In this document: one piece after another, positions 25,464 through 32,000 of the stretch
Layout of the letters: each line of letters begins with the position of its first letter
How positions within the stretch are numbered: the first letter of the stretch is position 1
Origin: Mycobacterium tuberculosis H37Rv
GTDB lineage: Bacteria > Actinomycetota > Actinomycetes > Mycobacteriales > Mycobacteriaceae
Direction: 5' to 3'
Length of the DNA: 32,000 nt
Assembly: GCF_000195955.2 (NCBI RefSeq)
Contig: NC_000962.3
Span: 570,001 to 602,000 of the forward strand
The notes under the pieces: generated by a model
The model's database searches: none
Seen by the model: only the letters and a program-made list of their open reading frames with translations
What the model was told of the DNA's origin: nothing
Translations under genes and position numbers: made by a program

Positions 25464-26585
25464 TCAGCGTGATTGGCGTCTAGAGGCTAGAGCCGCCAAC
25501 GCGCCGCCGGCCGCACCCAGCGCCAGGGCCGACGGAACCCCGATCCGAGCGGCCTTGCGGGCGATTCGGAAATCACGGATCTCCCACCCCCGTTCCCGGG
25601 CCAGGCTGCGCAGGCGGGCGTCGGGGTTGATGGCGACCGCGGTGCCCACCAGCGACAGCATCGGGACGTCGTTGTAGCTGTCGGAGTAGGCGGTGCAGCG
25701 TTTGAGATTGAGTCCCTCCCGGATGGCCAGCGACCGCACCGCGTGTGCCTTGCCGGTGCCGTGCAGGATCTCGCCGACCAGTCTGCCGGTGAATATCCCG
25801 TCGACCGACTCGGCGACGGTGCCCAGGGCGCCGGTTAGGCCGAGCCGGCGGGCGATGGTGGCCGCGAGTTCGTATGGGGTAGCGGTGATCAGCCATACCT
25901 GCTGGCCGGCGTCCAGGTGCATCTGGGTGAGTTCGCGGGTGCCGTCCCAGATCTTGTCGGCGATGATCTCGTCGTAAATCTCCTCTCCCAAGGCCACCAA
26001 CTCCGCGACGGATCGGCCCTCGATGAACGCGAGCGCCTTGCGCCGGCCAGCGGCGACGTCGTTGCTGTTCTCCTTGCCAAGTAGCTGGAACTTGGCCTGA
26101 GCGTAAAGAAATCCGAGGACGTCGCGGTAGGTGAAGTAGTGGCGAGCGGCTAGCCCGCGGCCGAAGTGCACCGCCGACGAGCCCTGAACCAAGGTGTTGT
26201 CCACGTCGAAGAAGGCGGCTGCGGTCAGGTCGATCGGCGGCTGCCGATCGCTGCCGGCGGCGGCGACGGGGGCCGGCATGTCCACCGGCGAGTGGCTGGC
26301 GCTGGCATCGGGTGGCGGCGGGTCGGCCGGCGAAGCCAGGTCGACGTGACCGGCCTGGTCTGGGCTACCCAGGTGGGAGGAAACCATCATTACTCCTAAT
26401 CGCGGTGCCTGCCCGGTGGCCGATGCTGCGGCCGTTATCAACCCTATCCGGCAAATGCGCGGCGGAGCTCTTGGCTGGCGCGGATTGATCTGCAAGCCCA
26501 GCGCGGTATCGAAATTCGCGAGGCCGCAGCGACTTTCGTCGTGAACACGACCCGCAGCGGTTCGGGGCCAACATGTCAGCCCCAT
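25464..26585 (-). CDS. serB1: HAD-IB family phosphoserine phosphatase-like protein SerB1. Coordinates are the maximal ORF; the real start is probably internal at 26390 or 26387.
   Basis: HAD motif I is [11 protein letters not shown], and the C-terminal motif is [11 protein letters not shown]. An ATGATG pair at 26390/26387 is preceded by AGGAG. The first 65 codons of the maximal ORF are Arg/Pro/Cys/Trp-rich and look non-coding. Confidence 0.88.
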
Positions 26586-26758
26586 ACCGGTACGCGCAAA
26601 GCTGGGTACGTGAAATCCTGAATTCTTCAGCCTGTCAACGGTAGCGTCTACGCTAGCTAACGCAACGAGACATCCGATTACTACGCACGTTAGGACATTT
26701 CAGGAGGTATCGGGAGGCCTAAGGGTCACTAGGTCCGCGCGATGGGCGGAACACGAGG

Positions 26759-27202
26759 GTGAGGATGATTTCGGTTAGCGGCGCCGTGAAACGCATGTGG
26801 TTGCTGCTGGCCATCGTCGTGGTGGCCGTTGTCGGGGGGCTTGGTATCTATCGGCTGCACAGCATCTTCGGTGTTCACGAGCAACCCACTGTCATGGTCA
26901 AGCCTGATTTCGACGTCCCGCTGTTCAACCCCAAGCGGGTGACCTACGAAGTCTTTGGCCCCGCCAAGACCGCAAAGATCGCCTACCTGGACCCTGATGC
27001 CCGGGTGCATCGACTCGATAGCGTGTCCCTGCCGTGGTCCGTCACGGTCGAGACGACGCTGCCCGCGGTCAGCGTCAACCTCATGGCGCAGAGTAACGCC
27101 GACGTGATCAGCTGCCGGATCATCGTCAACGGCGCCGTTAAGGACGAAAGGTCTGAGACCTCGCCGCGAGCGCTAACCTCCTGCCAGGTGTCATCCGGAT
27201 GA
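26759..27202 (+). CDS. mmpS2: MmpS-family membrane protein MmpS2
   Basis: 147-aa ORF with a single N-terminal TM ([21 protein letters not shown]) and an MmpS beta-rich C-domain. The start is GTG 26759 or ATG 26765. The stop overlaps the mmpL2 ATG (ATGA at 27199-27202). Confidence 0.93.
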
Positions 27203-30105
27203 GCGAAAGACACGCCGCACTGACGTCACTGCCGCCCATTCTGCCGCGGCTGATCCGCCGGTTTGCGGTGGTGATCGTCCTGCTCTGGCTGGGCTTCACC
27301 GCCTTTGTCAATCTCGCCGTACCGCAACTGGAAGTGGTCGGAAAAGCACACTCGGTATCGATGAGCCCCAGCGACGCCGCATCGATTCAGGCGATCAAGC
27401 GCGTTGGTCAGGTGTTCGGTGAGTTTGATTCCGATAACGCGGTAACGATCGTGCTGGAAGGCGACCAGCCACTCGGTGGGGACGCGCACCGGTTCTATAG
27501 CGATCTGATGCGGAAGCTTTCCGCCGATACCCGCCATGTCGCGCACATCCAGGACTTCTGGGGGGATCCGCTGACAGCGGCGGGATCCCAAAGTGCGGAT
27601 GATCGGGCCGCCTACGTCGTGGTGTACCTCGTCGGTAACAACGAAACCGAAGCGTATGACTCGGTCCACGCGGTGCGGCACATGGTGGACACCACACCGC
27701 CACCGCACGGGGTGAAGGCCTATGTCACCGGTCCGGCAGCACTCAATGCCGACCAGGCCGAGGCCGGAGACAAAAGTATCGCTAAGGTCACCGCGATCAC
27801 GAGCATGGTGATCGCAGCAATGTTGCTAGTGATCTATCGCTCCGTAATTACCGCGGTTCTCGTCTTGATCATGGTCGGCATCGACCTCGGCGCAATCCGC
27901 GGATTCATCGCCTTGCTCGCCGACCACAACATTTTCAGCCTTTCAACATTTGCGACCAACCTGCTCGTTCTCATGGCGATTGCGGCGAGCACGGACTACG
28001 CGATATTCATGCTCGGCCGTTACCACGAATCGCGCTACGCCGGCGAGGATCGGGAAACGGCCTTCTACACGATGTTTCACGGGACCGCCCACGTGATCTT
28101 GGGTTCGGGTTTGACCATTGCCGGCGCCATGTATTGCCTCAGCTTTGCCCGGCTTCCGTATTTTGAAACGCTCGGCGCGCCCATTGCTATCGGCATGCTG
28201 GTCGCGGTCTTGGCGGCGCTCACGCTCGGCCCGGCCGTACTGACCGTGGGCAGCTTCTTCAAGCTGTTCGATCCCAAGCGGCGGATGAACACTCGGCGGT
28301 GGCGCCGGGTGGGAACGGCAATTGTGCGTTGGCCGGGGCCGGTGCTCGCGGCGACATGCTTGGTCGCCTCCATTGGCTTGCTGGCCTTGCCCAGTTACCG
28401 GACAACGTATGATCTGCGCAAGTTCATGCCCGCCAGCATGCCGTCCAATGTGGGGGATGCGGCGGCTGGTCGACGCTTTTCACGGGCTCGGCTGAACCCT
28501 GAGGTGCTGTTGATCGAGACTGACCACGATATGCGTAATCCGGTGGACATGCTGGTGTTGGACAAGGTAGCCAAAAATATCTACCACAGTCCCGGTATTG
28601 AACAAGTGAAAGCGATAACCCGGCCCTTGGGAACAACCATCAAGCACACTTCGATACCGTTCATCATCAGCATGCAGGGCGTGAATAGTAGCGAGCAAAT
28701 GGAATTCATGAAGGACCGAATTGATGACATACTGGTGCAGGTGGCCGCGATGAATACCTCCATCGAGACGATGCATCGCATGTATGCACTCATGGGCGAG
28801 GTCATTGACAACACCGTCGACATGGATCATCTCACGCATGATATGTCGGACATAACGGCTACGCTAAGAGATCATCTCGCGGATTTCGAGGATTTCTTCC
28901 GGCCTATTCGCAGCTACTTCTACTGGGAAAAACATTGTTTCGACGTTCCGCTCTGCTGGTCGATAAGATCGATATTCGATATGTTTGACAGTGTGGACCA
29001 GCTGAGCGAAAAGCTCGAGTACCTGGTCAAGGATATGGATATTCTGATTACACTGTTGCCGCAGATGCGCGCGCAGATGCCGCCGATGATATCTGCGATG
29101 ACGACGATGCGGGACATGATGCTTATCTGGCATGGCACGCTTGGCGCGTTCTATAAGCAACAGGAGAGGAATAACAAGGACCCCGGCGCGATGGGCCGGG
29201 TTTTTGACGCCGCCCAGATCGATGATTCGTTCTATCTGCCGCAGTCGGCTTTTGAGAATCCGGATTTCAAGCGGGGGCTGAAGATGTTTTTGTCTCCGGA
29301 CGGCAAGGCAGCCCGCTTTGTCATTGCTCTGGAGGGAGATCCCGCAACGCCCGAGGGCATCTCTCGGGTCGAGCCGATCAAGCGGGAGGCTAGAGAGGCC
29401 ATAAAGGGAACTCCATTGCAGGGCGCTGCGATCTATCTGGGTGGCACCGCGGCGACGTTCAAGGATATTCGAGAGGGCGCCAGATACGATCTGCTGATCG
29501 CCGGAGTGGCGGCGATAAGCTTGATTTTGATCATCATGATGATCATCACCCGAAGTGTGGTAGCCGCAGTGGTTATCGTGGGTACCGTCGTGCTTTCCAT
29601 GGGCGCCTCTTTCGGGCTTTCCGTATTGGTCTGGCAGGACATTCTGGGTATCGAGTTGTACTGGATGGTGTTGGCGATGTCGGTGATCCTGCTCCTGGCG
29701 GTGGGATCCGACTACAATCTGCTGCTGATTTCCCGGTTGAAAGAGGAAATTGGGGCCGGATTGAACACCGGAATTATCCGTGCCATGGCTGGTACCGGGG
29801 GAGTGGTGACGGCTGCCGGCATGGTGTTCGCCGTTACCATGTCGTTGTTTGTGTTCAGCGATTTGCGAATTATTGGTCAGATCGGTACCACCATCGGCCT
29901 GGGCTTGCTGTTCGACACCCTCGTCGTGCGCTCGTTCATGACACCGTCCATTGCTGCGCTGCTGGGACGCTGGTTCTGGTGGCCGCTACGGGTGCGCCCG
30001 CGCCCGGCCAGTCAGATGCTTCGGCCGTTCGCGCCGCGCCGATTGGTTCGCGCCTTGTTGCTGCCGTCCGGCCAGCACCCGTCAGCGACTGGCGCCCATG
30101 AGTAG
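27199..30105 (+). CDS. mmpL2: RND-superfamily MmpL transporter MmpL2
   Basis: 968-aa ORF with two six-TM bundles separated by a large soluble (periplasmic) domain. The C-terminal bundle contains the typical MmpL segment [20 protein letters not shown]. Confidence 0.95.
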
Positions 30106-30391
30106 GCCCCAGGTGGAGCTTTTGACTCGCGCCGGGTGCGCGATCTGCGTGCGGGTAGCGGAGCAGCTGGCCGAACTGTCCAGCGAACTGGGCTTCGACA
30201 TGATGACGATCGACGTCGATGTCGCGGCGTCGACGGGCAATCCAGGGCTGCGAGCTGAGTTTGGCGATCGGTTGCCGGTGGTCCTGCTGGACGGCCGCGA
30301 GCACAGCTACTGGGAGGTCGACGAGCACCGGCTGCGTGCGGATATAGCCCGCAGCACATTTGGTAGCCCACCTGATAAACGTCTACCGTAG
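30098..30391 (+). CDS. Glutaredoxin-like small thioredoxin-fold protein (Rv0508-like)
   Basis: ATG 30098 gives 97 aa: [24 protein letters not shown]..., with a CxxC motif (CAIC). It overlaps the mmpL2 3' end by 8 nt (ATGAGTAG). The 146-aa ORF-track version is an upstream extension inside mmpL2. Confidence 0.85.
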
Positions 30392-30440
30392 ACACCAGTT
30401 TTACTGGGGTAGTCGAGGGAGCTGGCCAGGTGGTGCTGCC

Positions 30441-31847
30441 GTGAGCGTGCTGCTCTTCGGGGTGTCGCATCGTAGCGCGCCGGTCGTCGTCCTTGAACAA
30501 CTCAGTATCGACGAATCCGATCAAGTCAAGATCATCGACCGAGTGCTGGCTTCGCCGCTGGTGACCGAGGCGATGGTGCTGTCGACTTGCAACCGCGTCG
30601 AGGTCTACGCCGTAGTGGACGCGTTCCATGGCGGCCTGTCGGTGATCGGGCAGGTGCTTGCCGAACACTCCGGTATGTCGATGGGGGAGCTGACCAAGTA
30701 CGCATATGTCCGCTACAGCGAGGCAGCAGTTGAGCACCTGTTCGCGGTTGCCAGCGGCCTGGACTCGGCGGTGATCGGCGAGCAGCAGGTGCTTGGTCAG
30801 GTGCGCCGCGCCTATGCCGTCGCCGAATCCAACCGCACGGTCGGCCGCGTGCTGCACGAATTGGCCCAGCGGGCGCTGTCGGTGGGCAAGCGAGTGCACT
30901 CCGAAACCGCCATTGACGCTGCCGGTGCCTCCGTGGTGTCGGTCGCCCTGGGAATGGCCGAGCGCAAATTGGGCTCGTTGGCGGGCACGACCGCGGTGGT
31001 GATCGGCGCCGGGGCGATGGGCGCGCTGTCGGCGGTACATCTGACCCGTGCCGGCGTCGGGCACATTCAGGTGCTCAACCGGTCGTTGTCCCGGGCGCAG
31101 CGGTTGGCCCGAAGGATCCGCGAATCTGGCGTGCCGGCCGAGGCGCTAGCGCTCGACCGCCTGGCTAATGTCCTGGCCGATGCCGACGTGGTGGTCAGCT
31201 GTACTGGGGCGGTGCGTCCGGTGGTGTCGCTGGCCGATGTGCATCATGCGCTGGCCGCCGCCCGCCGTGACGAGGCCACCCGTCCGTTGGTGATATGCGA
31301 CTTGGGCATGCCGCGTGACGTCGATCCTGCGGTGGCCAGATTACCGTGTGTGTGGGTCGTGGACGTGGATAGCGTGCAACATGAACCCTCGGCACATGCC
31401 GCGGCTGCCGACGTTGAGGCCGCCCGCCACATCGTCGCCGCCGAAGTTGCCAGCTATCTGGTGGGGCAGCGGATGGCCGAGGTCACCCCAACCGTGACGG
31501 CGTTGCGCCAGCGAGCCGCCGAAGTGGTCGAAGCGGAATTGCTGCGCCTGGACAACCGGCTGCCCGGCCTGCAGAGTGTCCAGCGCGAGGAGGTGGCCCG
31601 CACCGTACGGCGAGTCGTGGACAAGCTGTTGCACGCGCCTACCGTGCGGATCAAGCAGCTCGCCAGTGCGCCCGGCGGTGACAGCTACGCCGAGGCGCTG
31701 CGCGAACTCTTCGAGCTTGACCAGACCGCCGTCGATGCCGTCGCCACTGCAGGTGAATTACCGGTGGTGCCAAGCGGATTCGACGCTGAAAGTCGCCGCG
31801 GTGGAGGCGACATGCAAAGCAGCCCGAAGCGATCGCCGAGTAACTGA
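30441..31847 (+). CDS. hemA: Glutamyl-tRNA reductase
   Basis: GTG 30441 gives [22 protein letters not shown]..., the typical GluTR N-terminus. The catalytic Cys motif is [11 protein letters not shown] and the NADPH site is [19 protein letters not shown] lies 7 nt upstream of the GTG. Confidence 0.94.
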
Positions 31848-31856
31848 TTGGCGCAC

Positions 31857-32000
31857 GTGATCCGGATAGGTACCCGGGGCAGCTTGCTGGCCACCACTCA
31901 GGCCGCCACTGTCAGAGACGCCCTCATCGCTGGTGGCCACTCCGCGGAGTTGGTGACCATCAGCACCGAGGGTGACCGATCCATGGCGCCGATCGCCAGT
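31857..32000 (+). CDS. hemC: Porphobilinogen deaminase (hydroxymethylbilane synthase), N-terminal 48 codons only
   Basis: Hand translation from GTG 31857 gives [48 protein letters not shown]. It is open to the window end, and [11 protein letters not shown] is the HemC N-terminal signature. It starts 9 nt after the hemA stop. Confidence 0.9.
   Translation, partial: MIRIGTRGSLLATTQAATVRDALIAGGHSAELVTISTEGDRSMAPIAS

Noticed and set aside
30381-30407. Two tandem mini-hairpins between the glutaredoxin-like gene and hemA: gtcta-ccg-tagac and ccagt-ttt-actgg.
   Set aside because: The stems are only 5 bp with 3-nt loops. Such structures are expected by chance and are too weak to call as an attenuator or terminator without covariation or 3'-end data.
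1-32000. Search for defence islands, toxin-antitoxin pairs, IS elements, PE/PPE genes, and tRNA, rRNA or riboswitch-like elements.
   Set aside because: I found no small two-gene cassettes with TA-like features. There are no transposase, integrase or nuclease-helicase clusters, and no cloverleaf-like or rRNA-like sequence recognisable by eye. Apart from the troughs reported above, composition is uniform. I cannot formally exclude small ncRNAs without covariance-model searches.

Overview
High-GC (about 65%) actinobacterial core chromosome. From gene content and order I recognise it as Mycobacterium tuberculosis complex, colinear with H37Rv Rv0481c to Rv0510. This is recollection of the published gene order, not a database hit. 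I call 33 protein-coding genes, 31 complete, with Rv0481c and hemC truncated by the window edges. Left to right they are: murB, lprQ (LdtMt5-type L,D-transpeptidase), an SDR, a ROK regulator, mshA, a YbjN-like protein, a LysE/ArgO exporter, gpm1, senX3-regX3, an uncharacterised GMC-oxidoreductase operon with a divergent GntR/FadR regulator, a DUF3109 protein, ppx1, a Pro-rich membrane protein, a TIM-barrel isomerase-like protein, a thioesterase-like protein, proC, a BldC-like small HTH protein, the 33-aa ribosomal protein bS22, galE2, a PlsC-like acyltransferase, cmaA2, hadD, serB1, mmpS2-mmpL2, a glutaredoxin-like protein, hemA and hemC. I found no rRNA or tRNA genes, no transposase, integrase or phage genes, no CRISPR array and no obvious defence or toxin-antitoxin cassette. 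Non-genic structure is dominated by three tandem arrays of the MIRU repeat family: 58 bp x ~3.7 at 7286-7500, 77 bp x 3 at 10579-10809, and 58 bp x ~2.1 on the minus strand at 25331-25451. All three sit inside apparent operons and share a common core. I cannot honestly point to a convincing novel system here; this is ordinary, well-studied core genome. The items most worth a second look are: (i) the FadR-type regulator plus the translationally coupled Rv0493c-Rv0492A-Rv0492c operon of unknown function; (ii) mshA coupled by a GTGA overlap to a YbjN-like protein; (iii) several start-site and promoter inferences from exact TANNNT-N6-start-codon leaderless geometry; (iv) a sharp GC trough inside mmpL2 coinciding with a Met/Asp/Ile-rich helical periplasmic insert; (v) paired palindromes in the serB1/mmpS2 divergent region. 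Many long ORFs in the six-frame track are antisense or alternate-frame artefacts of high GC.
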